64,000 nt of DNA from Candidatus Latescibacterota bacterium (GTDB taxonomy: Bacteria; Latescibacterota; UBA2968; GCA-2709665), in assembly GCA_965208835.1 (NCBI GenBank), contig OZ242358.1:2976001-3040000 (forward strand), in the 5' to 3' direction. Positions 51,840 through 61,933 of this stretch are shown here, piece after piece. Made by a program: the position numbers and the translations under genes. Position 1 is the first letter of the stretch, and every line of letters begins with the position of its first letter. The notes beneath the pieces are model-generated. The model saw only the letters and a program-made list of their open reading frames with translations, was not told where the DNA came from and did no database searches.

Positions 51840-53531
51840 CTATCTTCCCACAACTTCTCCATCAAAGATTTCTATTGCCATCTGGACGCGTTCGTCGGCC
51901 GGAGCGCGGTCGTCCTGTGTCGCTGCGCTGTCTCCGGCCTCGTCCACTTTACACCGGACGCGCAGTGAAACGCCGAGGACTTCGGCCGTCGCTTCCTCCA
52001 GAAAGGCGCCGTTGCGTCTGACCTGCTCGGCGTAAAACGTCTTGTCTGCCGTGAAGACCAGGTCCAGACGGCTGTCCTTCAACGCCGCGGGTCTGCCCTC
52101 GGCCAGAAACGTCCCAAGGCCCAGTTTCCGCGCCCTTACATGCTCAACGAGATCCGGCCACCTTTCCTGTACGCCGTCGAACGTCAGGCTGCCGGCCGGG
52201 GGCGGTTCCTTCTCGCCTCGCGACTCGACGGGGGGCAATACGGGCGCATCGACAACAGGCTGATTCGCACCATCGGCGACGTCCGGCGGCGAAGTGGGAC
52301 CAGCAGGACGGGGAGGGGCCGCCGGGGCCGGTTCGGGGCTTGCGGCGACGGGTTGTTCGGGCTGCCGCGCGCCCGACGTCCTGCCTTTGCGCAGCAGGGC
52401 TTCCATCCGGTCCAGACGCGCCATGACCTCCGTGACGGACTCGGAGGGCGCCATCTTCACCAGTTTCAACACGGTCAGTTCCAGCCAGAACCGGGGATTT
52501 GAGACGCGACCCAACTTTGCTTCGAGATCGGAAACCGCCTGCAACATGCGCAGGAGATCTTCCTCATTGAATCGCGCGCCCGTCTCGGTGTATCGCACCT
52601 GATCGGCCTCGGGCAGATCGTCGCCCGCAAGGCCGTCCGATACGCGGGCCACGAGCAGGTGCCGGACATGCTCCAGCAGGCCCTGCGTGAATTCGCCGGC
52701 GTCGCCGCCGCCATCCAGCACAAGCCCCACCTTGCTCAGCGCCGTTGCCGTGTCTGACTCGAGAATGGCCTGCGTCAGATCGAAGAAGACGTCGGCGGGA
52801 ATAACGCCGAGCAGATCTCTTACGGCGTCGGCGGAAACAGGCCCGTCTGTAAACGCGATGGCCTGGTCGAGCAGATTCTCGGCGTCGCGCAGCGCGCCGT
52901 CGGCTTTCCGCGCCAGAAGAAACAGCGCCTCGTCTTCAGATGCGATCTCCTCCGCATCCAGGATCTTTCTGAGCTGGCCGACAGTGTCCTCGGTGGATAT
53001 CCGCCGGAAATTGTACCGCTGGCAGCGGGAGAGAATCGTTTCCGGCATCCGGTGCGGCTCTGTGGTGGCCAGGACGAACACCACGTGAGGCGGCGGCTCC
53101 TCGAGCGTCTTCAGGAGCGCGTTGAAGGCCTCCGCGGTGAGCATATGCACTTCGTCTATGATGTAGACCTTGCGCTTGCCCCTGGTTGCCGCAAATCCGA
53201 CTTCCTCCCTCAGCTGCCGGATTTCGTCGATTCCCCGATTCGACGCCCCGTCGATTTCCAGGACGTCCAGGCTCTTGTTGTCGGCAATCGCCGTGCAGAA
53301 TCCACAACTGCCGCACGGCTCGGGCGTGGGACCCTGTTCGCAGTTGAACGCCTTCGCCAGCAGCCGCGCCATCGTCGTCTTACCCGTTCCGCGGGGACCG
53401 CAAAACAGATACGCCTGAACAACGCGATCCGTTCGGATGGCATTCTGCAGCGTCTGAACGATGTGGTCCTGCGCGACCACATCCTGAAACACCTCGGGAC
53501 GCCATTTGCGGGCAATCACCCGATAGGCCAT
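51840..53531 (-). CDS. dnaX: DNA polymerase III subunit gamma/tau
   Basis: 'ARKWRP', 'GPRGTGKTT', 'EIDGASN', 'IIDEVHML', 'SRCQ'. Confidence 0.97.
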   Translation of the reverse strand: MAYRVIARKWRPEVFQDVVAQDHIVQTLQNAIRTDRVVQAYLFCGPRGTGKTTMARLLAKAFNCEQGPTPEPCGSCGFCTAIADNKSLDVLEIDGASNRGIDEIRQLREEVGFAATRGKRKVYIIDEVHMLTAEAFNALLKTLEEPPPHVVFVLATTEPHRMPETILSRCQRYNFRRISTEDTVGQLRKILDAEEIASEDEALFLLARKADGALRDAENLLDQAIAFTDGPVSADAVRDLLGVIPADVFFDLTQAILESDTATALSKVGLVLDGGGDAGEFTQGLLEHVRHLLVARVSDGLAGDDLPEADQVRYTETGARFNEEDLLRMLQAVSDLEAKLGRVSNPRFWLELTVLKLVKMAPSESVTEVMARLDRMEALLRKGRTSGARQPEQPVAASPEPAPAAPPRPAGPTSPPDVADGANQPVVDAPVLPPVESRGEKEPPPAGSLTFDGVQERWPDLVEHVRARKLGLGTFLAEGRPAALKDSRLDLVFTADKTFYAEQVRRNGAFLEEATAEVLGVSLRVRCKVDEAGDSAATQDDRAPADERVQMAIEIFDGEVVGR

Positions 53532-53605
53532 AGGGGCTAAGCCTCTCACCCGTCCATCATGCACGCGCGAACTACGGAAACGACTTCCGGGAGGTACGTT
53601 GAAAA

Positions 53606-53877
53606 GGCCGTGCACCCCGCTTCGGCTTTCAGACCGGGGTATTCGGAAAGCGCCAGCTCCCGCCAGGGGCCCCCGCGGCACACGGCCGGGTTACCTACCG
53701 CTGCTACCTTCCGGTCCTGACGGGGTTCGGCAATCGTCCGTTGCGCAGGACCTGGCGATCGACACCGCGTACTGTCCGAATCACATCCCGAAATGAAGAG
53801 CCTCAAACGAGGAATTCAACCCCGCTATAGCGGATTGCGGGCTACAGGGCGCCGCTACTTCCCCGTCTAGCACGACC
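53606..53877 (-). ncRNA. ffs: Signal recognition particle RNA, large (Alu-containing) bacterial type
   Basis: Minus strand has the helix-8 motif GAACCCCGTCAGGACCGGAAGGTAGCAGC and a 5' Alu-like segment GGTCGTGCTAGACGGGGAAGTAGCGGCGCCCTGTAGCCCGCAATCCGC. The ends pair; it lies upstream of dnaX. Confidence 0.93.
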
Positions 53878-53941
53878 TGAAAAAGCAACCAGCAGCCGGC
53901 TTGATGCCGTGGGATCTGCTGACGGCCGATGGCTATGTTCC

Positions 53942-54017
53942 TGGTGGAGCTGATGGGATTCGAACCCACGACCTCCAGAGTGCGATTCTGGCGCTCTCCC
54001 AGCTGAGCTACAGCCCC
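53942..54017 (-). tRNA. tRNA-Ala(CGC)
   Basis: GGGGCTGTAGCTCAG...CCAGA-AT-CGC-AC-TCTGG...GGTTCGAATCCC...CCA, 76 nt. Confidence 0.95.
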
Positions 54018-54069
54018 ACAATTCGCCGATTACGCAAGAGGCACGGAGCAGGACGAGGATGTCCGCTCT

Positions 54070-54447
54070 TCATGCATCGCTCTTTTCGATTGATATCCCG
54101 TCTGCCCGCGAGGCCGCTTTCAGCGCCTCCACACCCGAAAGCACACGTCCGACGGGGTTCACGGGACTGGCCGGCCGGATCTCGTCTCCCTGGCTTGCGG
54201 GCGTTGGACCGTAGAAGATGCAGAACGCTTTTCCGGGCGGCCAGTAGGCAAGATCGCCCACTTCCACGGTTTCCTGGGGGTCCTCCGGGTCCGCAGTGAC
54301 GGGGATCTGAAAGTAAATCTCATCGCCCCAGGTGTTGAAGCCGCTACGGATGGGCAACTCGGCCAGGATTCTGGACGCGGTCTCGGAGTCGTTCAGCTCT
54401 GCATCCAGCTCGACCGCTCCCACGTTAATCTTGATGGAATGCGCCAT
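54070..54447 (-). CDS. Cyclophilin-like fold protein (DUF369/TM1367-like)
   Basis: 'LP......WGDEIYF', 'GDLAYWPPG.AFCIFYGPTP.S', 'PASPVN.VG'. Confidence 0.85.
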   Translation of the reverse strand: MAHSIKINVGAVELDAELNDSETASRILAELPIRSGFNTWGDEIYFQIPVTADPEDPQETVEVGDLAYWPPGKAFCIFYGPTPASQGDEIRPASPVNPVGRVLSGVEALKAASRADGISIEKSDA

Positions 54448-54523
54448 AAAGGTATTCGACACCTGCGAAGCGAGTGTGGCTTGCGTGGCAGCAGACCGGC
54501 CGGACGGTGACGAGACAGGTTTC

Positions 54524-54616
<93 letters not shown>

Positions 54617-55089
54617 ACATAAGCGGTTCTTAATGAAAAAATAGCGGCGGTTGGCCGACACGCGTCTCACTGTCTCCACGACCACAACACACCGCTCTCT
54701 ATTCCAAATATTAAGATACAATATTCACCCTATATCCGCAACTTTTTCCAGCAGGATTCGGATTCTCCCCACGAGTCCCAAATTGGACAAGGGATGCAGT
54801 TATTCATCGGCCGTCGGTGTCGCCGTGTTCCTCTGTCTGAGAGATCGGGGTTGTGCCCCGAGATGACTTCGTGCTGCACCCGGCTCGTCTGCGAGCGGTT
54901 TGTGTAACAACGGGATTGGTGGAAGACCGAGGATCTGTACCGTCCTGGTCAGCCTCGGAGGTGACGTCGATAACGATGTCCCAGCCCATTCGCAAGGGTA
55001 GACTGCATATGCTCCAGCCCGGTCCACCATTCACTCGCGACAAGAATAGGATTCTTAAAATACTGATTATAAGTATTTTAATAGATATT

Positions 55090-55180
<91 letters not shown>

Positions 55181-55236
55181 GCTCTAATGGAGGACACGCC
55201 GCAAACCCGTTCGCGACACCGAATTCCTTCACCGCG

Positions 55237-55713
55237 TTACGCGTCTTTCCGGCGCAAATCTTGAAAGAACCGTTTCAACATCTCCGAACAGGGTTCTTTG
55301 AGGACGGATCGACGAACGTCAATCCGGTGGTTAAGCCTCGAATCATCGACGACATTCCGCAGTGAACCGCACGCCCCCGTTTTCGGATCGTCCGCCCCGA
55401 ACACCAGGCGGGACACCCGAGCCAGCACGAGCGCGCCCGCGCACATCGCGCACGGTTCCAGCGTGACGTAGACGACGCAGTCGGTCAGCCACTTCATTCC
55501 GGTGTGTGACGTCGCGGACCGGATGGCCAGCATCTCCGCGTGCGCCGTGGGATCGTTGTCCCTCAGAATGCGGTTCTGCCCCCGTCCCACCACCTCACCG
55601 TTCCGCAGAATCACGGCGCCGACCGGCACCTCGCCCGCATCGCCGGCGGCGCGCGCCTCGGCAAGCGCCATTTCCATTCCGGCTTCGTCCGCGTCGGTCA
55701 ATTCACGCACCAT
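55237..55713 (-). CDS. tadA: tRNA-specific adenosine deaminase
   Basis: 'GEVPVGAV', 'DPTAHAE', 'TLEPCAMCAGA', 'DPKTGACGS'. Confidence 0.94.
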   Translation of the reverse strand: MVRELTDADEAGMEMALAEARAAGDAGEVPVGAVILRNGEVVGRGQNRILRDNDPTAHAEMLAIRSATSHTGMKWLTDCVVYVTLEPCAMCAGALVLARVSRLVFGADDPKTGACGSLRNVVDDSRLNHRIDVRRSVLKEPCSEMLKRFFQDLRRKDA

Positions 55714-55870
55714 CCGGGCGGAAAATCCGCTACAGAATATCCACTGAAGAGCCAGATCAAAATACCGGATTCCGGTCTCGGCGTCAACCGTTTTCAGCAG
55801 GAACGGGGTCTCAAGGGACCGGTGGATTCGACCTGAAAATCCGGCGGAATTCCAGCGTACGACACGCTCC

Positions 55871-57181
55871 TCAGCGGCGGCGGCCGAGCCTGGCGATGAA
55901 GAAGGGGATCAGCATTTCCCGCTCGTGCAGCCCTCCGTGCCGGCCGCCCGCGATATCGGACGGAACGGCGTCGTCCCTGTATGCGTGGAACAGCGTGGCG
56001 CTGCCGCGCATCAGCGCAAGCACGTCGCCGATCCGGCCTGAGAGTCCTGGCGCACGCGGTCCGTTTCCCCACAGGCCGTCGGCGAGAGCCGTTTCGGTTT
56101 CAACGACGAACGCGGCACCCGCCAGCCCGGATTCAAGGGCGGACATGACATCCGTCACGGCGCCGTCACGCGCGTGAAAATACGCCGACCGCGCCGTGCC
56201 CGTCGGCGGCGCCGCGAGCCGGTGGTCGAGCCCGGGCAGCGCCGCGACCGGTACGATGTCCGCCTCGTCAACCTGAATATGCCCGTGGTCGGCGAGGAGC
56301 ATGAACGCGGCGCTCACGTCGTGTCTTTCCAGGGGCGAAAGCAACTCTCGTTCAATCGCGTAGCCCAGACTGTGGATCTCTCCCTCCGGTTCTTCGCCCC
56401 TGGTGCCGTATTTGTGCTGGATCGTGTCCATCGTGTCCGTATACAGCCAGATACACGATGGGCGTCCCGGATCCGAGGTCAACATGGTTCGAACCTGGAT
56501 GAACAGGTCCGATGCGTTCACGAACGGAATCACGTCGGTAGCGCCGTCGTACAACATCTCGGAAAGGCCGCTGTGCGCCAGCGACCGGTGAATCATGCAA
56601 TAGGACGAAATCCCCGCCGCCGTCAACAGGCTGTGTACCGTGGGCACACCCAGCAGCGTCCTGGCGTCGCCGCTGTTCAGCAGCATCCGCCCGAACCGTT
56701 CGTCCGCCTCGGGGCTCAACCGGATCATATTCGCCACGTATCCACGGTCCGGCATGTACATCCGGTAGCCGGCGACGCCGTGTCCGGCCGGCGGCAGCCC
56801 CGTGTGAAACGACGAAAGCGCCGCCGCGGTGGTCGACGGGAATACCGACGTGAGCGGCACGAACCGCCCCCGCTCAGCCAGCGCATGGAAACCGGGTACC
56901 GTACCGGAGTCCATCGCCCGCGTCAACGTCAGGTAGCCCAACGCGTCCACCAGCGTGACGACCAGTTTCTCCGCGCCGACGAGTTCGCCTCCCACGACCT
57001 CTTCCGCCAGCCCAGGTAACCGATTCCCGCCGACACCGAAATGCCGCAATACGGTTGGCGCCACGTTCGCCAGGCTGTACCCGTCGTACGCGGGCCACAC
57101 GAACTCGTCCGGCAACGCCGCATTGGCGATACGTGCATGCTGCCGCAGTCGCCTCAGAATCCGCTGTGCATTCGGGTTCAT
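55871..57181 (-). CDS. Alkaline phosphatase superfamily / nucleotide pyrophosphatase-phosphodiesterase
   Basis: 'VDALG', 'SVFPSTT.AA....TG..P..HG', 'D...H..G', 'ADHG', 'HGGL...EM.IP'. Confidence 0.88.
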   Translation of the reverse strand: MNPNAQRILRRLRQHARIANAALPDEFVWPAYDGYSLANVAPTVLRHFGVGGNRLPGLAEEVVGGELVGAEKLVVTLVDALGYLTLTRAMDSGTVPGFHALAERGRFVPLTSVFPSTTAAALSSFHTGLPPAGHGVAGYRMYMPDRGYVANMIRLSPEADERFGRMLLNSGDARTLLGVPTVHSLLTAAGISSYCMIHRSLAHSGLSEMLYDGATDVIPFVNASDLFIQVRTMLTSDPGRPSCIWLYTDTMDTIQHKYGTRGEEPEGEIHSLGYAIERELLSPLERHDVSAAFMLLADHGHIQVDEADIVPVAALPGLDHRLAAPPTGTARSAYFHARDGAVTDVMSALESGLAGAAFVVETETALADGLWGNGPRAPGLSGRIGDVLALMRGSATLFHAYRDDAVPSDIAGGRHGGLHEREMLIPFFIARLGRRR

Positions 57182-57358
57182 TCCACATCCAGTCAATGGG
57201 GTTCGCCTGGATCAGGACAGGGCATCAAGTTAGACGGCGCAAGGCATCATGTCAAGGCCGAATCCCGGCACACAGACCCCAACCGCACACCCTGCGATTG
57301 TACGCGAGAATCGCCCTATTTGCCGTGTCGGCGGAGGCCGCAGAAACTGATTTTGTGC

Positions 57359-57387
57359 TTGACACCACAGGCGCCTTGTGGTAATTT
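57359..57387 (+). promoter_or_regulatory. Sigma70-like promoter of tRNA-Asn
   Basis: TTGACA-17 nt-TAATTT with an extended TG, 24 nt upstream of the tRNA. Confidence 0.65.
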
Positions 57388-57411
57388 CATCCAGCTTCAG
57401 AATGCCAGGGT

Positions 57412-57487
57412 TCCGGCGTAGCTCAGCTGGCAGAGCGGGTGGCTGTTAACCACTAGGTCGTAGGTTCGAGTCCTACCGCCGGAGCCA
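57412..57487 (+). tRNA. tRNA-Asn(GTT)
   Basis: TCCGGCGTAGCTCAG...GGTGG-CT-GTT-AA-CCACT...GGTTCGAGTCC...CCA, 76 nt. Confidence 0.96.
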
Positions 57488-57653
57488 TTTTTCGACCGTC
57501 ATCGCATAAGACTGAATGACGCCCCGAAGGACGCATCCTCCGGGGCCTCGTCGTATCAGAAGCGAAATGAGGGCCGGGACCGAAAACCCGCAAGGACGTA
57601 GCTGTAACCGGGAATTTCAAATCGGTCCGGAACCGCGGACTGGAAGGCACGCC

Positions 57654-58118
57654 ATGGATGCCGGGACGTCCGGGAAGACGCCCGAGACTGCAGGGAAGAC
57701 CGGCGCAAAGCCGGTACTCCTCTCGGGAGGCAATCCACAGATCGCGAAGGCCGACGGGGACGCCCCCGTGCAGGCGTACATCGCGGCCATGCCGGGCTGG
57801 AAGCGCGACGTCGGACGGCGCCTCGACGACCTCATCGTTCGCACGGTACCAGACGTGCGCAAGGCCGTGAGGTGGAACTCCCCATGGTATGGCATCGAGG
57901 GCCGGGGCTGGTTCGCGAGTTACCACGTCTTCTCCCGCTACGTCAAGGTGACTTTCCTCAACGGCGCGTCGCTGCGACCCGTCCCTCCCGGCTCGGGCAA
58001 GGACAGGGACACGCGTTGGGTGGACATCTACGAAGACGAGCTCGACGAGGCGCAGATGACATCGTGGGTCAGGCAGTCGGCAGCCCTGCCCGGCTGGCAC
58101 GGGTTCGACACGCAGTGA
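57654..58118 (+). CDS. DUF1801 (YdhG-like) protein
   Basis: 'LLSGGNPQI.K.DGDAPVQAYIAAMPGWK', 'KAVRWNSPWYG', 'F..GASL.P.PP'. Confidence 0.85.
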   Translation: MDAGTSGKTPETAGKTGAKPVLLSGGNPQIAKADGDAPVQAYIAAMPGWKRDVGRRLDDLIVRTVPDVRKAVRWNSPWYGIEGRGWFASYHVFSRYVKVTFLNGASLRPVPPGSGKDRDTRWVDIYEDELDEAQMTSWVRQSAALPGWHGFDTQ

Positions 58119-58146
58119 GGTTGAATTTGAAACGATAAAGGAGAAT

Positions 58147-58848
58147 ATGGCAAACTTCCCGAAAAATCGAGCGTTAACCCGCCTCGCTGTGTGCTTCCTG
58201 GGTCTCGCGCTGGCGTGGAACTGCGCTGATACAGAAGTGAATGAACCGCCCAGATCCGAAGATGCTCCAGCGCAAGGCGCGAGCAGTCCCGTGGTTGTCA
58301 ACCCGAATCTCGCTGTAGGCGCTGAACTCGGCGCACTCCCGGGGATGAGCCAGGCACTCGCCGACGCGATTCAGCAGCAACGCCCGTTCATTAATATGGA
58401 AGCACTGCACGCGGTGGTCGCTCAACACCTGAGCCGGAAGGAAGCGGAGAACCTCTACGTACGCCTGTTCGTTCCAATCAACCTGAACAGCGCCAGCAAG
58501 GCGGAGATGCTCCTGGTGCCGGGCGTGGGAGAACGGATCGCCCACGAGTTCGAGGAGTACCGTCCTTATACGGCCATCGCCCAGTGGAAGCGCGAGATGG
58601 GCAAATATCTTGACGACGCCGACGTGGATCGCATGGGGCGATACGTCTTCGTGCCCATCGACCTGAATACGGCCACCGAGGCCGAAATCCTCGCCATCCC
58701 CGGCGTGGGCAAACGCATGGCGCATGAGTTCGAGGAGTACCGTCCCTATTCGAACATCGAGCAGTTCCGCCGCGAAATCGGGAAGTACGTGGACGATCGC
58801 GAGGTCGCGCGCCTGGAACGGTACGTGGAGATTCGACCGCGCGAATAG
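58147..58848 (+). CDS. Exported helix-hairpin-helix (ComEA-like) triple-repeat protein, probable lipoprotein
   Basis: Signal peptide ending in Cys; three '(I/V)(N/D)(L/P)N.A....L.(L/V/I)PG' repeats, two of them with 'AHEFEEYRPY'. Confidence 0.75.
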   Translation: MANFPKNRALTRLAVCFLGLALAWNCADTEVNEPPRSEDAPAQGASSPVVVNPNLAVGAELGALPGMSQALADAIQQQRPFINMEALHAVVAQHLSRKEAENLYVRLFVPINLNSASKAEMLLVPGVGERIAHEFEEYRPYTAIAQWKREMGKYLDDADVDRMGRYVFVPIDLNTATEAEILAIPGVGKRMAHEFEEYRPYSNIEQFRREIGKYVDDREVARLERYVEIRPRE

Positions 58849-58883
58849 TTCCAATCTCCATCGGCTTACCCACCACTCGTCCA

Positions 58884-58926
58884 ACGCCAAGACCCCGCGG
58901 GCAATCTGCCGGCGGGGTCTTGGCGT
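58884..58926. terminator. Strong hairpin downstream of the HhH gene
   Basis: 15-bp stem ACGCCAAGACCCCGC/GCGGGGTCTTGGCGT; U-tract is weak. Confidence 0.5.
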
Positions 58927-59207
58927 ATCTGCTATTATTTCAAACAGTTGCGGTCGCCGACGCATCGAAATCTGCCATGTCTCTCCGATCCCCTTTCCAA
59001 TGCGCCAACTGCGCTGCCACCCGGTATTGCTGCGGATTTTCTGCTGCATATTGCACTTCGAGATTGACCTGGTCCCGTTGAAGTCATATATAAAGAGTAC
59101 TCATACTCAATTCGAACAACGTCCGCGTACGAACCCGCCGGATGCGTGGGTGGCCGACCCATGCCCCGGCCGCGGGTTCCGATGATTTAACGTGGAGGCC
59201 GGAGCGC

Positions 59208-60866
59208 GTGCACGAAATCGACTTTCTAGGGGACCTGATAATCGTACTGGGTTCTGCGGTCCTGGTCGCGACGGTACTGCGCCGCGCTGGCATTCCGTCG
59301 ATCGCCGGTCTGATTCTTGCCGGCATGCTGGCCGGCCCCACGGCGCTCGGACTCGTGGACGACACGCATCAGGTCGAGATCATGGCCGAGGTCGGGATCG
59401 TGCTCCTGCTCTTCGGCATCGGCCTGGAGCTCTCGCTCAGCCATATGCGGCGGCTGTGGCATGCCATCCTGTTGGGCGGCGGCATCCAGGTGAGCGCTAC
59501 GATCCTGTGCACCGCGCTTGCGGCTGTCTGGTTCGGAATGACACCCGGGCCCGCGGTGTTTCTGGGTTTCATCGTCGCGGTCTCCAGCACGGCCATTGTG
59601 CTGCGCGGACTTTCAGCACGTGGTGAACTGGATGCGCCGCACGGCCGCCTGGCCGTCGGGATACTCATCTTTCAGGACCTGTGTGTGGTTCCGATGATCC
59701 TGGCGGTTCCATTTCTGGCAGGTCAGGACGGTACCACGTGGGAAATCGCGGTCGCAGCGGCTACGGGCCTGGCCATTCTGGTTGGCGTGCTTGTTGCCGC
59801 CAATCGAACGGTGCCCTACATACTCGCATTCGTTGCCAGATCGCGAGAGAGAGAGCTGTTCGTACTCACGGTGTTTCTCGTGTGTTTCGGCATTGCGTGG
59901 GTCCTGTCTATGGCGGGAATCTCGCTGGCGCTGGGCGCGTTCCTTGCGGGCCTGGTCGTGGCCGGCAGCGAGTTTCGTCACCAGGCGATGTCGGACCTGA
60001 TACCCGTACGCGAAGCCTTCGCCAGCCTCTTCTTCGTGTCCGTGGGCATGCTGCTGGATGTTTCGGATGTACTTGCGCATCTGCTGCCGACGCTCGGGCT
60101 GTGCGGACTGATTCTGGTTGGCAAATTCGTCATCGTATTCGTGATGGGCCTGATCCTCCGGCTTCCGCTCCGCGTCGCGATCCAGTCCGCGGCGACTCTG
60201 TGTCAGATCGGCGAGTTCTCGTTCGTTCTGCTGAACGCGGCCTCGGGGACGGCCCTTCTCGATGCCGGACTGTCCCACAACCTCCTCCTGGCGATCATCC
60301 TGTCCATGCTGCTCACACCTATCGCGATTGCCTTCGCCCCTCACCTGGCGCTGGGTGTCACCCGTATTCCATGGCTCAACCGGATTCTGGACGCCGAGCC
60401 TCCCGGAATCGACACGCACGAACCGCACAGCGACCACGTCATCGTCGCCGGATACGGCAGGGCGGGCCGGGAGGTCTGCCACGCGGCCCGGGACGCGGGA
60501 TTCGCCTGCGTTGCGGTTGACGTCAACGTGGACAACGTCCGCAGGGCGCATGCAGCAGGAGACCTGGCGGTGTACGGCGACGTCACCCAGACGGAAGTCC
60601 TCGAAGAACTCGGATGCGGGGATGCGCGTCTGGTTGTGGTGACGATCAACGACACCCGGGCGACCGAGGTCGCCGTCCGCGCGATTCGGCGCGCTGCTCC
60701 GGACACCCCCATCATCGCGCGCACCCTGTACGATATGGACGAGAGCTCACTGCGTTCCGCGGGCGCCACCCGGGTCATCACGGCCGAAGCGACCACCAGC
60801 GACGTCGTCGTCGACACATGCCTCGCGGAACTGGGATCGGAAGCCGGGGCCGGACCCGCCCCGTGA
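59208..60866 (+). CDS. CPA2 cation:proton antiporter with TrkA-N (RCK) domain, KefB/C-like
   Basis: 'AEVGIVLLLFGIGLE', 'SSTAIV', 'IFQD', 'QIGEFSFVL', 'VIVAGYGRAG', 'YGD'. Confidence 0.92.
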   Translation: MHEIDFLGDLIIVLGSAVLVATVLRRAGIPSIAGLILAGMLAGPTALGLVDDTHQVEIMAEVGIVLLLFGIGLELSLSHMRRLWHAILLGGGIQVSATILCTALAAVWFGMTPGPAVFLGFIVAVSSTAIVLRGLSARGELDAPHGRLAVGILIFQDLCVVPMILAVPFLAGQDGTTWEIAVAAATGLAILVGVLVAANRTVPYILAFVARSRERELFVLTVFLVCFGIAWVLSMAGISLALGAFLAGLVVAGSEFRHQAMSDLIPVREAFASLFFVSVGMLLDVSDVLAHLLPTLGLCGLILVGKFVIVFVMGLILRLPLRVAIQSAATLCQIGEFSFVLLNAASGTALLDAGLSHNLLLAIILSMLLTPIAIAFAPHLALGVTRIPWLNRILDAEPPGIDTHEPHSDHVIVAGYGRAGREVCHAARDAGFACVAVDVNVDNVRRAHAAGDLAVYGDVTQTEVLEELGCGDARLVVVTINDTRATEVAVRAIRRAAPDTPIIARTLYDMDESSLRSAGATRVITAEATTSDVVVDTCLAELGSEAGAGPAP

Positions 60867-60926
60867 CCCCTATCCCGCAACCTTTCACGCGAGAGATTGC
60901 CAGGCAAGAGCGGCCGCGTTGTATCT

Positions 60927-60994
60927 GTAGGGGCAACCGGCCGGGCGCCCCTACGAAAGCCGGCCTAAAGGCAGACAGGAATGTCAGCCCCACC
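60927..60994. repeat. REP-like elements (GTAGGGGC...GCCCCTAC hairpin plus GCAGACAGGAATGTC)
   Basis: Palindrome at 60927-60954; the 15-mer at 60971-60985 is identical to 23432-23446. Confidence 0.55.
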
Positions 60995-61063
60995 CAAACA
61001 CACGCTTTCTCGAAGTCTCGACAAGCCATTGATGGATAGTGCCTGTCTAACGGGAGTGCGAAG

Positions 61064-61849
61064 ATGATCAGCCGACAACTACGTCTGGCGATGACAGTCC
61101 TGACAATTCTGGTGCTTGCTTCAGCGGGTTTGGGGGCAGAACAAAGCGATGAGGGCGTGGAGGACCTGCGGCGGCGCGCCTTGAAAGGCGAGGCCGAGGC
61201 GCAATTCCTTCTTGGGGCCATGTACGCGAGCGCACAGGGCGTGAAGCAGGACTTTGCGGAAGCGGTCAGGTTGTTGCGTCTCGCCGCCGATCAGGGCCAT
61301 GCGGACGCGCAGGCCAGCCTCGGATGGATGTACGCCTTGGGTCTGGGCCTTAAACGGGACAACGCAGAGGCAGTCAAATGGTACCGTGCCGCCGCGGCAC
61401 AAGGACACGCCGACGCCCGGTTCAAACTGGGAACGGCTTATGCCCGCGGACGCGGCGCACCGAGGGATCTCGCCAAAGCGGCTGAATATTACCGCTCCGC
61501 GGCGGACCAGGGCCACGCCGGCGCGCAGTACCTCCTCGGAATTACGTACGCCAACGCCCGCGGGGTGCCACGTGACTATGCAGAGGCGTTCAAGTGGTTC
61601 CGCCGGGCGGTCGACCAGGGGTTTGCGCGAGCGCGATCACAGCTTGGGATGATGTACGCGATGGGTCTGGGTGTGGAGCGGGACGACATTAAAGCCCACG
61701 CCCACTGCAGCCTGGCCGCCGCTGCCGGAGACAGCCTGGGAAGCGTCGTGCGCGACAATCTGGAAAATACGATGACACCCGCCCAGATCGCCGAAGCCCG
61801 GCGGCTCGCGAAGGCTTGGAGCGGAAAGGCAAAATTCAACAGGAAATAG
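61064..61849 (+). CDS. Secreted Sel1-like repeat protein
   Basis: Signal peptide; five 36-aa repeats 'A.AQ..LG.MY..G.GV..D...A..W.R.AA.QG'. Confidence 0.92.
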   Translation: MISRQLRLAMTVLTILVLASAGLGAEQSDEGVEDLRRRALKGEAEAQFLLGAMYASAQGVKQDFAEAVRLLRLAADQGHADAQASLGWMYALGLGLKRDNAEAVKWYRAAAAQGHADARFKLGTAYARGRGAPRDLAKAAEYYRSAADQGHAGAQYLLGITYANARGVPRDYAEAFKWFRRAVDQGFARARSQLGMMYAMGLGVERDDIKAHAHCSLAAAAGDSLGSVVRDNLENTMTPAQIAEARRLAKAWSGKAKFNRK

Positions 61850-61883
61850 ATGGCGTAGCCCAGGTTCCCGTGCAGGAAAAGAC

Positions 61884-61913
61884 AAGGCCCCTGAAACGCG
61901 GGGGCCTTTTTTT
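61884..61913 (+). terminator. Rho-independent terminator
   Basis: AAGGCCCC...GGGGCCTT followed by a T-run. Confidence 0.75.
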
Positions 61914-61933
61914 CGGTCCTATCGGTGTTACTC

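Noticed and set aside
51840-53531. Programmed frameshift in dnaX
   Set aside because: No A-AAA-AAG or poly-A slippery site was seen; the ORF is continuous.
58930-59207. c-di-AMP or other riboswitch upstream of the CPA2 antiporter
   Set aside because: No recognisable aptamer consensus; only an AT-rich promoter-like stretch.
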